Source of the DNA: an uncultured Verrucomicrobiae bacterium
GTDB lineage: Bacteria > Verrucomicrobiota > Verrucomicrobiia > Chthoniobacterales > UBA10450
NCBI GenBank assembly: GCA_963737995.1
Contig: CAVTUV010000011.1
Span: 13,684 to 77,683 of the forward strand
Direction: 5' to 3'
DNA length: 64,000 bases
Shown here: positions 10,504-19,977 of the stretch, in pieces
How positions within the stretch are numbered: the first letter of the stretch is position 1
How the letters are laid out: each line of letters begins with the position of its first letter
Notes under the pieces: model-generated
Told to the model about the DNA's origin: nothing
Seen by the model: the letters and a program-made list of their open reading frames with translations, nothing else
Databases searched by the model: none
Translations under genes and position numbers: made by a program

Positions 10504-11243
10504 GGCTGATTGTTGTGTGCCGTGCCCGCGAGCACTCGCCGGCGCCAGCGCAACGCGGTCAACAAACAACCCAGGCCATAGCGCACGCTGGCGGCAAAGC
10601 CAATCGAAGATGCCTCCGGAAAATACTTCGTCGGGCAGCTGATCTCTCCGACGGGATAACCCAGCGCGATAACCTGGACGAGAATCTGGTTATCGAAAAT
10701 GAAGTCATCTGAGTTCTCCTCCAAGGGAAGGCGCTCGAGCAGGGAGCGGGAGAAGGCCCGGTAACCGGTATGATACTCAGAGAGCTTGGCCCCGAGGAGC
10801 AGGTTTTCGATCAGAGTAAGGAACCGATTGGAGACGTACTTCCACCAGGGCATTCCGCCGCGCAACGCGCCCCCACCGAGAATGCGTGACCCGAGAACGC
10901 AGGGATAGAGTCCACTTGCCACGAGGGACGCCATCGCCGGGATCAAGGCCGGGGTGTATTGATAATCAGGATGGATCATGATCACGATATCGGCGCCGGC
11001 GGCGAGGGCGAGGCGGTAGCAGGTCTTCTGGTTGCCGCCATAGCCGCGATTTTGCGGATGGACTTCCACTTGCACGTGCGGTAGCGAGCGCGCCATGGCC
11101 GCGGTCTCATCTTTGCTGGCGTCGTCGACCAGAATGACCCGGTCGACAATTCCGTGCGCCATCACTTCGTCGTAGGTCTGACGCAGAGTCTGGGCGGCAT
11201 TGTAAGCCGGCATCACCACCACGAGTTTCTGGTCTTTTATCAT
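10500..11243 (-). CDS. Glycosyltransferase family 2 (polyprenyl-phosphate sugar synthase-like, DPM1/GtrB type)
   Basis: Intact 247-aa ORF: VVVMPAYNAAQTL, ILVDDASKDET, NRGYGGNQKT, IVIMIHPDYQY, LGSRILGGG. Confidence 0.8.
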   Translation of the reverse strand: MIKDQKLVVVMPAYNAAQTLRQTYDEVMAHGIVDRVILVDDASKDETAAMARSLPHVQVEVHPQNRGYGGNQKTCYRLALAAGADIVIMIHPDYQYTPALIPAMASLVASGLYPCVLGSRILGGGALRGGMPWWKYVSNRFLTLIENLLLGAKLSEYHTGYRAFSRSLLERLPLEENSDDFIFDNQILVQVIALGYPVGEISCPTKYFPEASSIGFAASVRYGLGCLLTALRWRRRVLAGTAHNNQP

Positions 11244-12244
11244 CGTTTCGAAAGAGCGCTTCGCTGGGCCGGTAGTAGTTGCCCAAGCGCGCGGCGGTGG
11301 GGCGAGGGAACCGGCAGGTCAGCCAGCGCATGGAGCGGGAACCACTTTTGATGTTCGTTAGGCATACTTGCGTCGGACCGGGCGAACACGGCCAGCGTGA
11401 TGCGATGGCGGGTGAACGGGAATTCAAACTGCAGGAGCGGGCGACGCCGGGGCCTGGCCGCGAGGCGCGGGAGGATCCACATCCCGCGCCAGCGAGCGCG
11501 GGATTGCTCGAGGAGAATCCGGTTCCGCTGCAAGGTAAAGGCGTGTTGCTCGGTCAGACGAACGATCGACGCTCGCTTTCTTTTTCGTGGCAGCAATTCT
11601 GGTTGTTCGGCGCGGCAGAGTTTGCGGACCGGACAAGCTCCGCAACGTGGTTGGCGCGGCCGACAAATCATCGCGCCGAGGTCCATCAAAGCGGCGTTAT
11701 GGTAACGCCCGCCCGTGGCCGGAAGGAGAGCCTCGGCTGTGGTCCACAGATGCGCCTGGCCGGCGGCGGTATCGATCGGGGTTTTCCAATTCGTTAGGCG
11801 AGCGAGCAGGCGCGCGATGTTTGCGTCAACCACCGGCTCGGGCCGGTCGAAGGCAAAGCTGGCCAGCGCGCCGGCCGTGTAGCGCCCGATGCCGGGCAGT
11901 TGCGCGAGCTGCTCGGGAGCGTCCGGGAGTTTGCCGTCAAGATTCCGCGCCACAAAACGCGCGACCGCCCGGAGATTCCGGGCCCGGGCGTAATAGCCCA
12001 GGCCCTGCCAGGCGTGCAGCACATCGGGTTCATCGGCCCGAGCGAGCGCATTGAAATCGGGAAAACGCGCCAGCCAGCGCTCATAATACGGAAGGACGGT
12101 CGCGACCGTCGTTTGCTGGAGCATGAACTCCGAGACAAGAATCGCATACGGATCGCGACTCCGCCGCCACGGCAGGTCGCGCCCCTGAACCGCAAACCAG
12201 CGCTGCAAAGCAGATCGAAAAGCGCGGCGGTTGATCATTTCCAA
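11240..12244 (-). CDS. mutY: A/G-specific adenine DNA glycosylase
   Basis: Intact 334-aa ORF. HhH-GPD LPGIGRYTAGALASFAF, Fe-S cluster CRPRQPRCGACPVRKLC (C-x6-C-x2-C-x5-C), NUDIX-like C-terminal domain. Its stop overlaps the GT2 start as ATGA. Confidence 0.9.
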   Translation of the reverse strand: MEMINRRAFRSALQRWFAVQGRDLPWRRSRDPYAILVSEFMLQQTTVATVLPYYERWLARFPDFNALARADEPDVLHAWQGLGYYARARNLRAVARFVARNLDGKLPDAPEQLAQLPGIGRYTAGALASFAFDRPEPVVDANIARLLARLTNWKTPIDTAAGQAHLWTTAEALLPATGGRYHNAALMDLGAMICRPRQPRCGACPVRKLCRAEQPELLPRKRKRASIVRLTEQHAFTLQRNRILLEQSRARWRGMWILPRLAARPRRRPLLQFEFPFTRHRITLAVFARSDASMPNEHQKWFPLHALADLPVPSPHRRALGQLLPAQRSALSKR

Positions 12245-12307
12245 GATGGCGTTGCCCCGTTATGGAAGAAGTGTCTCGCGCAAGGCAGCCATTAAATTCC
12301 CGGCAAA

Positions 12308-13255
12308 GTGAATTCGTATACCGCTCCTCTAACCCTGCAGCAAGCATCGGCGCTGCAAGCGCTCCTGCGCGAGCTGGGTTTCGAGTTTTCGCCCAAACCT
12401 TACACGCTCTTCTTTGCGCAGAAGAATAAACTAAGCGTGGCGGTTTACGAGAAAGGCCCCAAGGTGCTTTTGCAAGGCCGGGGGATCGAGGACTTCGTCA
12501 GCTTTGAGCTGGAACCCAAGATCCTCGGCGAAGCGCGGCTCGGTTATGAGGAAGTGCATTCTCCGGAAATGTTCGAGCCGCATTTCGGGATCGACGAAAG
12601 CGGCAAGGGTGATTTCTTCGGCCCGCTCGTCATCGCGGGCGCGTTTACCGATCGCGCGATCGCGCGGCAATTTCTGGAGAACGGAATTCAGGACAGCAAA
12701 CGCATCGGTTCCGATGCGAAAATCCGGGCGCTGGCGAAGGTGATCCGGCAAACGCCCGGGATTGCGTTCGACGTCGTCCTGATCGGGCCGGAACGCTACA
12801 ACATTCTCTACGAAAAGTTTGGCAATCTCAACAGCCTGCTCGGCTGGGGCCACGCCCGCGTGATCGAAAATCTGCTCGCGAAACGCCCGGATTGTCCGCG
12901 CGCCTTGTCGGACAAGTTTGCCGACGCGCGGGTGATCGACAAAGCGCTCCTGCAACACGGCCAGCAAATTCAACTAGAGCAACGGACAAAGGCGGAATCC
13001 GATTTTGCGGTCGCGGCGGCGTCGATCCTGGCTCGCGAGGCATTTATCGACTGGCTGGAACGCCAGGGCAAACACGCTGGTCTGACGCTTGGTCGGGGTG
13101 TTTCCGCCGCGATCAAGGAGACGGCACGCAAGATTGTGGAGAAAGAAGGGCCGGAGGCGCTGCGCCGCTATGCGAAGATCCACTTCCGCACCGCGCACGA
13201 GATCGCGCCGGATCATTACGCCGCCCCGCCACCGCGCCGGGAGTGGCGGCGGTAG
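12308..13255 (+). CDS. rnhC: Ribonuclease HIII
   Basis: Intact 315-aa ORF. N-terminal substrate-binding domain followed by an RNase HII/HIII fold with GIDESGKGDFFGPLVIAG and DSKR. Confidence 0.8.
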   Translation: MNSYTAPLTLQQASALQALLRELGFEFSPKPYTLFFAQKNKLSVAVYEKGPKVLLQGRGIEDFVSFELEPKILGEARLGYEEVHSPEMFEPHFGIDESGKGDFFGPLVIAGAFTDRAIARQFLENGIQDSKRIGSDAKIRALAKVIRQTPGIAFDVVLIGPERYNILYEKFGNLNSLLGWGHARVIENLLAKRPDCPRALSDKFADARVIDKALLQHGQQIQLEQRTKAESDFAVAAASILAREAFIDWLERQGKHAGLTLGRGVSAAIKETARKIVEKEGPEALRRYAKIHFRTAHEIAPDHYAAPPPRREWRR

Positions 13256-13288
13256 CGAGCAGAATTATCAGCAAGACGGACGGGCCGT

Positions 13289-14879
13289 GTGCGCGAAAAG
13301 TGGTTTCTCGCTCCCGGGGCACGATGCTTGCGCACCGGTGATCTTGTGCCCGCTATCCGACCCGCAGTGTTCCACCTGGGAAGTGTCCTTCGCTGCGCCC
13401 TATATTTGACGCTCGCGAGCGGCGCGGCGCTTGCCGCGCAGACTGCCGTGCTCTCCTCCGACGCGCTGCGGGAGTTCATGATGCGCCGTGAGGGGCCGCC
13501 CTCCCCCGAAGCAATCCCCGTCGCGCAGACGATACTTTCCTCCTACCCATTGGAGGGTCCAGGCGCGCGCGCCGCAAGCGTCCTGCGGGAGAAAGCGTTG
13601 GCCACCCTGAAAGAAAATCACGTCCTGGACGGATACATTATCGATCTGGAAGCGCGCTCGCGCGAAGACCCCGATGATCGGCAAATCACATTGGCTCTGG
13701 CCGAAGCTGTTTCGACAATCGATCCGGGCAAGGCAGCGCCCTACTACGAAAAAGCGGGGCAAATTCCACCGATCAGCGTCGACCTTAATCTCAGACTCGC
13801 TTCCGGGCTGGCCGGTAACGGGCAAGACAAGGGAGCGATGGAATTGTACCGACCAGCTCCTCGAACAACACCTCGACCGGACACTACAGATCGCGAAAGA
13901 CGAACTCGTGCCGCTTTATTCGCGGCAAAACGCGCTCGATCACCTGGCGAAAGAAATCGCGCGCGGGTTCGATGTTCGAGTAACGGATCTGCGAGCCTCT
14001 GTTTCCACTCAGTTCACGGTGACTAGCCTGGCGGATCGGTTGCTCGCGGCGGGTGGCGAAAACGCGACCATCGTGCTCCTTCAGGCCGCGAAGCTGGGGC
14101 CGACTCTACCCCAACGAGGCCAATTCCAGGAGGAGATGCGGCAAAAACTGAAGTTGATCGACCTCCTGATCAAACAACACCGTGACGCGGAAGCTCTGGC
14201 CACGATGATCGCTCTCTTCGCGCCGCGTCCTTACGATCCCGGCTCCTATGGTTCGGGGCGGCCATGGGAATTCTCGATCGATCTCATCACTGAGCAGCCA
14301 GATTCATCGGGCCTTCCGAAATACCCCGCGCGCATCCTGGTGAGCAAAGCCGTTGCGCTCGGCGTGCTTCCGCAATTGGTCGACGCGATCGAGGAAGAAC
14401 TGGCAAAGCACCCGGCCGCGGTCGAACAACAAACCATCTACGCGGTCGTCGTCGTCTGGGGCCGAGTGGAGAAAGCAAGGCCATTTCTCTCCCGCTACTT
14501 CGAGCGCATTTGCGGGCTACCCCCAGCACAAGCGTTCGATCTCGCCCTGCACGGAAGCGTTCCGGGCCAAGGCTCCGGCACACCCGGTTCGGGCGCGCCA
14601 GCCGGGGTCGCTCCCGAATTGCTCCTCGCGATGGCCTCTCAACTTCGCCAATGGCCGGCCGCGCGCTCCCTCGCCTTCCCGGCTTTGGTCGCGGCTCAGG
14701 CAGAATATCTCCGCAACGAAACAGAGGAACGACGCTTCCTGGGTTTGTGGCCCGTGATCGCCGCCGCCACGCTCGCGCTGAACGATCTGCCGAAAGCGCA
14801 ACAGGTTCTGCGCAAGGTCATGGAACTCGCAGAGGCCGATTCCCATAGCCGAAGGTGGTATCGACCGGAACGCTGCTGA
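13289..14879 (+). CDS. Hypothetical alpha-helical repeat protein with a probable signal peptide; one frame break near 13850; possibly continuous with the next ORF
   Basis: ORFs 13289..14026 and 13674..14879 join around ...GNGQDKGAMELY / ..DQLLEQHLDRTL. The N-terminal LRCALYLTLASGAALAAQ looks like a signal peptide. I recognise no family. Confidence 0.45.
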
Positions 14880-17029
14880 AATTTTTCGAATTGATGCTCC
14901 GCGCTCGAATGAAGTCGGAAGCCGCCCGTATTCTGGGAATGATTACGGATCAGAATCGCTCCGACGCGGCCTTCGACGCAACGCGGGAGGCGGCATTGCT
15001 CCGGCGGGCCGCGCGGCTCGCGCTCGAAGCGGGCGCAATCGACCTCGCGACTGCGGCGGCCAGCGTTTTGCCAAAGACCCTCACTGGAGGCGCGACCGAC
15101 GAATACCTGCGGACCGATGACCTCACAGCGAGCGTCCAACTGCTCCTGCAACTACACCGGAACACCGAGGCTCGATCGCTCATCGACAGCTTTCGTGAAG
15201 CCAGAGCGGAAGACAAAAACTTCGCGTCCACCATCGAGCAATGCGATCGGATGTGGCGCCTTTTCACGGGCGATGAGCGGGACCTGACACCAACGATCTT
15301 CCTCTCCGCTGCGCCGCCGGAAGGTGGAAAGAGCGCCATCTATTGGGACCTGGCCGGTTTGACGGGCAACCCATACGCTCGCCGAGACGCGTCGACCATT
15401 TCTGCCGTGGAAGGTGTGCCACCCCCGTTCTCTCGCCCGCGCCGGCTGACCATTCTCGCGGGCGAGTCCGAAACCCATCTCATCCGAGCAGCTGAGATCC
15501 GAACTCGCGAATGGCGGGGCCAGCTGCGCGTTGCGCTGCCGCGGAACGCCCACTTTGGGCGAGTCATCGTCAGCAGCGAAAACGGGGACGAAATTGTCGG
15601 CGCGGCAATCCCGCTCAACCTGACTCCGAATTTGATCTTCAACAGCACTTTTGATGGGGTCGCGGGACTGGGCGAGCTCGACCAGAGCGCGCGCGCGATC
15701 CCCGGTTGGGGAGAATTGCCTGAGGGCGACTGGAGTGTGGCCAAAAGCGATTTTCCAAGGCGAGCAATCCGGTATCGATCGACAAAGGAGCGGCAAGTCT
15801 CCATTGCCGGCCAGAGGATTCCGGTCTCGCCTAACGACGAGTTTTTCCAAAGCGCATGGATCAGGCTGCAACCGCGCGAGGGCCGATTGCGGATTGGCCG
15901 GCGTTATCTGAATCACGACGGGGTCGAGTTGGGAGTCTCCTATTTTCCGGTGACGGAAGCCAGCGGAACCTGGCAGCTTCTGCAACAAAAGCTGCTGCGT
16001 GTACCGGACGGCGGGAGCGATAGAATTCCAGGCGGCTGCGTCTTCCTCGAGCCGGTGCTTCAGGTAACAACGAACAGTCCTGAGTACGATATGATCAGAG
16101 AACCCGCCGTTTGGGCGGAAATGTATCTGGGTCGATTGCCGCGTTCCGCAGAGGAAGAGCCGCCTTCCCCTAATGAGTCTGTCTTTTTCAGCGCCAAAGA
16201 GCGACCGGCTGTGATCGTAGTCGCGGGTGATTCCCGTTTCATCGCGCTCGGTTACGCCAGTGGCGCCATCCGCCTTCTCGACCGTCATGGAAAACAGCAA
16301 GCGGAAACATCGGTCGGGAGCAGCCCAATCATCTCGCTTTACTTTCTGCGCGATAGTTCGGCGCTGATCGGATTCGGCGCACACGGAGAAATTTTCCGCC
16401 TGACACTTGCGCCTCCCTTCCAAACGACAACCCTGATGCCGGCAGCTGGCGATATCCGAGAGGCCGGGATCACGCCCGACGGCGCGACGGCGGTTGTCTT
16501 TCGCATCGGCCGATCAAAAACTTCCGAGGGTGAGAGCGGACGTTTCGAGATTATTGATCTCGGCACCGGTAAAGTGGTTCGGACGCTCGAGGTGGGCTGG
16601 AATGACGTCATCAATTTTGTGATCTCAGAAGATGGGACCCGTTTCTTCGCGATCAGCAATTCGGCGATCCGATTCACGCTTCCCAGAAAACTCTGGCTGC
16701 TGCCCTCGGGCGAAGAGGTGCCCCTGACCGCCGCGCAACTCGAGGGCAAAATGGATTACTTCGAGGTCCTCGGGAAGCCATCTCCGAGTCTGCTCGAGGG
16801 CAACCACGTAGGCCAGAAGATACACGCGCTCGCCCATGACCCGGCACGGCATCGTGCGATTTACGCGGGTGAGGGCAAGCTTTTCGTTTATGATCGCATC
16901 GCGCACCGCGATCTATGGGTCTTTCCGGACCGGGATGAAGTCCGACGACTGGCGGTTATTCCCGACGACGGCACTGTCCTTGGCATCGGCGCCGACGGCG
17001 CAATTCGACAGTGGAAGTTGCCAAAATAG
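14855..17029 (+). CDS. Hypothetical 724-aa protein: helical N-terminus, jelly-roll/CBM-like middle, WD40-like beta-propeller C-terminus
   Basis: Intact ORF. The middle (LIFNSTFDGVAGLGE...IPGWGELPEGDWSV...GTWQLLQQKLL) looks like a CBM4_9/galactose-binding fold. The C-terminus carries propeller-like repeats (AIRLLDRHGK, FEIIDLGTGKVV, GAIRQWKLPK). Confidence 0.5.
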   Translation: MVSTGTLLKFFELMLRARMKSEAARILGMITDQNRSDAAFDATREAALLRRAARLALEAGAIDLATAAASVLPKTLTGGATDEYLRTDDLTASVQLLLQLHRNTEARSLIDSFREARAEDKNFASTIEQCDRMWRLFTGDERDLTPTIFLSAAPPEGGKSAIYWDLAGLTGNPYARRDASTISAVEGVPPPFSRPRRLTILAGESETHLIRAAEIRTREWRGQLRVALPRNAHFGRVIVSSENGDEIVGAAIPLNLTPNLIFNSTFDGVAGLGELDQSARAIPGWGELPEGDWSVAKSDFPRRAIRYRSTKERQVSIAGQRIPVSPNDEFFQSAWIRLQPREGRLRIGRRYLNHDGVELGVSYFPVTEASGTWQLLQQKLLRVPDGGSDRIPGGCVFLEPVLQVTTNSPEYDMIREPAVWAEMYLGRLPRSAEEEPPSPNESVFFSAKERPAVIVVAGDSRFIALGYASGAIRLLDRHGKQQAETSVGSSPIISLYFLRDSSALIGFGAHGEIFRLTLAPPFQTTTLMPAAGDIREAGITPDGATAVVFRIGRSKTSEGESGRFEIIDLGTGKVVRTLEVGWNDVINFVISEDGTRFFAISNSAIRFTLPRKLWLLPSGEEVPLTAAQLEGKMDYFEVLGKPSPSLLEGNHVGQKIHALAHDPARHRAIYAGEGKLFVYDRIAHRDLWVFPDRDEVRRLAVIPDDGTVLGIGADGAIRQWKLPK

Positions 17030-17238
17030 ATACCTGACCGCGGGTCCGGTCGCGCAACACAGCAACGGGCTCCCCGAATCGACCTGCCCCAAACCCCAGC
17101 TCCCTGACCTCGTCTTCGATCGCATCCCACGGCTCATTCTCTCCGGGTTAGGGGTGCCATTTTCACGGGGCAGCTTCCAACGGTCGGGGGGAATCGCGGC
17201 AAGGTTCCTGCTCTTTCCAAGCCGCGCTTTAGCCTGCC

Positions 17239-17979
17239 GTGGAAACCAGACTGCTCATCCTCAACGCCGATCCCGTTTTCGAGGATCGCGCGCTGGCCAT
17301 GTTCGACGCCATGCGGAAAGTCGAAACCCGCATCGTCCGCACTCTCTCGGAAGCCGTTTACATCCTGATGCGCGAAAATTTCGATCTTTTCGTGGTGGAA
17401 GGCGAACCCAGGGTCGCGATCGGGCAGGCGATCAATACGCGCCAGCATTTTCCATCGCTCGAGGTCATGTGCCTAACGGAAGAGCCGAACGATGCCGAGC
17501 TGCTGCAAGAAGCCGACCAGCAAAATATCGAGTTGGTCGCGACCAACTGCAGCGATCGACAGCTGCGCAGCCGGTTGCGGCGCATCGTGTCGGCTTTTGA
17601 AAGACAATCCGGCACACCCGCCGAAGGCATCGATCCCTGCCACTCGCTCGTCGGCAACCTCAACCAATTTTCCGCCGCCGAGATTCTGCAAATGAGCTGC
17701 ATGAGCCAGCGCAGCGGGCGCTTCACCTTTAAATCGAGCCGCGGCAACAGCGAAATTTATCTGCACCACGGGATGGTGCGGCACGCGGTCTACAGCTCGC
17801 TCGAAGGCGAAGGCGCGGTGGCTGAGATCTTCCGCTGGCGCCAGGGCCGATTCTATTTTGAAGAAGGCATCATTAGCCAGGTGCAGACGGTCAATCGGCC
17901 GTGGACGCACCTGTTAATCGATAATCTGCAAAAACTCGACGAGACCATGCAATTAACCAGCGTCCCAGGAAAACGATGA
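17239..17979 (+). CDS. Receiver-like domain protein with a C-terminal DUF4388-type domain
   Basis: Intact 246-aa ORF. N-terminal CheY-like layout (LLILNADP...FDLFVVE). C-terminal GNLNQFSAAEILQMSCMSQRSGRFTF...GEGAVAEIFRWRQGRFYFEEG. Confidence 0.6.
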   Translation: METRLLILNADPVFEDRALAMFDAMRKVETRIVRTLSEAVYILMRENFDLFVVEGEPRVAIGQAINTRQHFPSLEVMCLTEEPNDAELLQEADQQNIELVATNCSDRQLRSRLRRIVSAFERQSGTPAEGIDPCHSLVGNLNQFSAAEILQMSCMSQRSGRFTFKSSRGNSEIYLHHGMVRHAVYSSLEGEGAVAEIFRWRQGRFYFEEGIISQVQTVNRPWTHLLIDNLQKLDETMQLTSVPGKR

Positions 17980-18404
17980 GAGACACCGTCCTTGAAACGC
18001 AAATCCGGCTCCTCACCCTTCAGGTGGAAAACTGGAAAAAGCTCCACGATTTTATCACCTACGCGCTCGACAAGTCGAAACCGATCGTCTCCTCCGACCA
18101 GGAGCGCCAGTTCACCGAGATCCGCGGCCTCCTTCTCCAGGAGAGCGAGCACGTTTTCAGTGAAGTCAATCTCATCGCGGAACTTTCCGGAAAAGCGATG
18201 AACGTCATGCAGCGAGCGACGTCAATTCGAGGGGTCCGCGAGCTCTCCGCGGACGAAACGAGGCGCCTGGAGTCGGATTGGAACGCGGTCTTCACCAAGA
18301 TCGGCGTCGTCCAGGGCCAGCTCAAAGCCCGCCGCCGGGAATTACTCAGCCGAAACCTCCTTACTGTCTCGCTCGCCCGGCTCTTCGGCCGCAAAGCCGC
18401 TTGA
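17976..18404 (+). CDS. Hypothetical coiled-coil protein (142 aa)
   Basis: Intact ORF whose ATG overlaps the upstream stop as ATGA, indicating translational coupling. I recognise no family. Confidence 0.45.
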   Translation: MRDTVLETQIRLLTLQVENWKKLHDFITYALDKSKPIVSSDQERQFTEIRGLLLQESEHVFSEVNLIAELSGKAMNVMQRATSIRGVRELSADETRRLESDWNAVFTKIGVVQGQLKARRRELLSRNLLTVSLARLFGRKAA

Positions 18405-18534
18405 CGTTTCGCAACCCGGCGGAGTTCTTATCCTGAGAGGACCGGGTGCCCGCGACTTATCGACGGGAGATCCGGCAAAAAATTTGCTAAATTGATCCGC
18501 TCACCCGATGGTCGACAGACGAATCTGTTATACC

Positions 18535-18903
18535 ATGAGTAAGCTCACAAAACGCGACATCGTTGTGTCGATCAGCAATCAAACTGGTATGGTGCAACAC
18601 CAGGTCTTTGAAGTCGTGCAGCGAACATTAGATCAAATTACCGACAGCCTGGCGCGCAATGTTGCCGTGGAGCTGCGCAATTTCGGCGTTTTTCAGCCGC
18701 GGCTGACCAAACCGCGCGTCGGTCGAAATCCCAATCAACCCGGCAGCAGTTTTGTCATTCCGCCACGGGCCACGGTCAAGTTCAAGGCCGGCAAGATCAT
18801 GCGCCAACGCGTCGAAAAACTCTCGCGGGAGATGAAGGAAGCTGCGGATCGACGCGCGAATGGCTCTGACAGCGGCGCGTCCTCTCATGGCGGACGCAAC
18901 TGA
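18535..18903 (+). CDS. HU/IHF-family DNA-binding protein
   Basis: MSKLTKRDIVVSISNQTGMVQHQVFEVVQRTLDQITDSLARNVAVELRNFGVFQPRLTKPRVGRNPNQPGSSFVIPPRATVKFKAGK. This is the typical HU/IHF fold with the R-N-P arm, followed by an acidic/basic tail. Confidence 0.8.
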   Translation: MSKLTKRDIVVSISNQTGMVQHQVFEVVQRTLDQITDSLARNVAVELRNFGVFQPRLTKPRVGRNPNQPGSSFVIPPRATVKFKAGKIMRQRVEKLSREMKEAADRRANGSDSGASSHGGRN

Positions 18904-19061
18904 AGCGGGTCGCCCCTTGCCGTAGAAGAGGCTGGCCTACGAATACCGCCCCTGACTGGGAAAAAACGGGGTCATCGCCCTGGCCGCTGCAGAAGAAAAT
19001 TCTCATCCGACGCCAGTCTACTTCGCGGCAAAAGGACGATTGAGCTAAGAAAGCCAACTCT

Positions 19062-19976
19062 ATGAAAACCCTGTTCTCCGTGCTCGTCGGCTTCGTTTTT
19101 TTTACCGCTTCCTTTAGCCGAGGCGGAACGGAGATCGATAACAAGACCGCCGCGGCGTCAAACGAAACCACGGCTGACGCCGTTTCGCTCGATCTTTTCA
19201 GAATCCAATCGAGCTACATTTTTGAAAGTGATCTCAACCATGGCGGCAGCTTTGGAAAGCAGGACGAGATCCAGAACGAAATCGAGTACGGCCATCGCTT
19301 CCACCTCACTGGCGATGCCTATTTGCACGTCGGTTTTGCCTACGAGCGTTATGATTTCGGAAGCTCCAGTGCACCTGTGCCCAACCACCTCCAGTCCCTT
19401 GCCGGCGTGGTCGGGGTCGACATCATGCACGGCAATGATGTCGGCGCTTTCATCGAGTTCCGGCCCGGCTTTTACGCCGAGAACGACTTTGGGATTTCGT
19501 CCTTCGATGTGCCGATCACGTTAGGCCGCATCTTCGTCCTGCAACCAGACAAGCTTTACCTTTTTGGCGGCGCCTACACGAGCTTCCTCCGCGGCGGCTA
19601 TCCAGTTATTCCCCTCGGTGGCGTCATCTGGATTCCAAGCGACAAGGTGCGCCTGATGGGCGTCCTGCCGGACCCGAAACTGATTTATTCCCCGACGGAC
19701 AAGCTCGATCTTTGGATCGGCGGCGAAGTCGCCGGCGGCGCTTACCGGACCGATCGCAACGATGGCGTCCGGCCGTCGAAACTTAACGGCACGCAAGTTG
19801 ATTTCACCGACTATCGGACGGGCGTGGGCCTGACCTACGAGTTCGCGAAAAACTGCACGGTGGATCTCTCCGGCGGCTACTCGATCCAGCGGCACTTCGC
19901 CTTTCATCGCGCGGGCGAAAACTATCGCACCGATCCGTCGCCCTACCTGAGCCTGCAATTGAAAGTGGCTTTTTGA
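19062..19976 (+). CDS. Outer-membrane beta-barrel protein, unknown family (paralogue of 25519-26466)
   Basis: Intact 304-aa ORF. Signal peptide MKTLFSVLVGFVFFTASFS, alternating beta-strand pattern, and a C-terminal ...LSLQLKVAF ending in Phe. Confidence 0.6.
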   Translation: MKTLFSVLVGFVFFTASFSRGGTEIDNKTAAASNETTADAVSLDLFRIQSSYIFESDLNHGGSFGKQDEIQNEIEYGHRFHLTGDAYLHVGFAYERYDFGSSSAPVPNHLQSLAGVVGVDIMHGNDVGAFIEFRPGFYAENDFGISSFDVPITLGRIFVLQPDKLYLFGGAYTSFLRGGYPVIPLGGVIWIPSDKVRLMGVLPDPKLIYSPTDKLDLWIGGEVAGGAYRTDRNDGVRPSKLNGTQVDFTDYRTGVGLTYEFAKNCTVDLSGGYSIQRHFAFHRAGENYRTDPSPYLSLQLKVAF

Positions 19977-19977
19977 G

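Noticed and set aside
15152-16423. Long antisense ORF (423 aa) opposite the 724-aa gene. Similar cases are 36189..37988 (599 aa, opposite the synthase), 47083..48540 (485 aa, opposite gcvP), 30600..31694, 31138..32322 and 45409..46239.
   Set aside because: These are typical shadow ORFs of a GC-rich genome. They are Arg/Ala/Gly/Pro-rich low-complexity translations with no recognisable motifs, and the opposite strand carries clearly conserved proteins.
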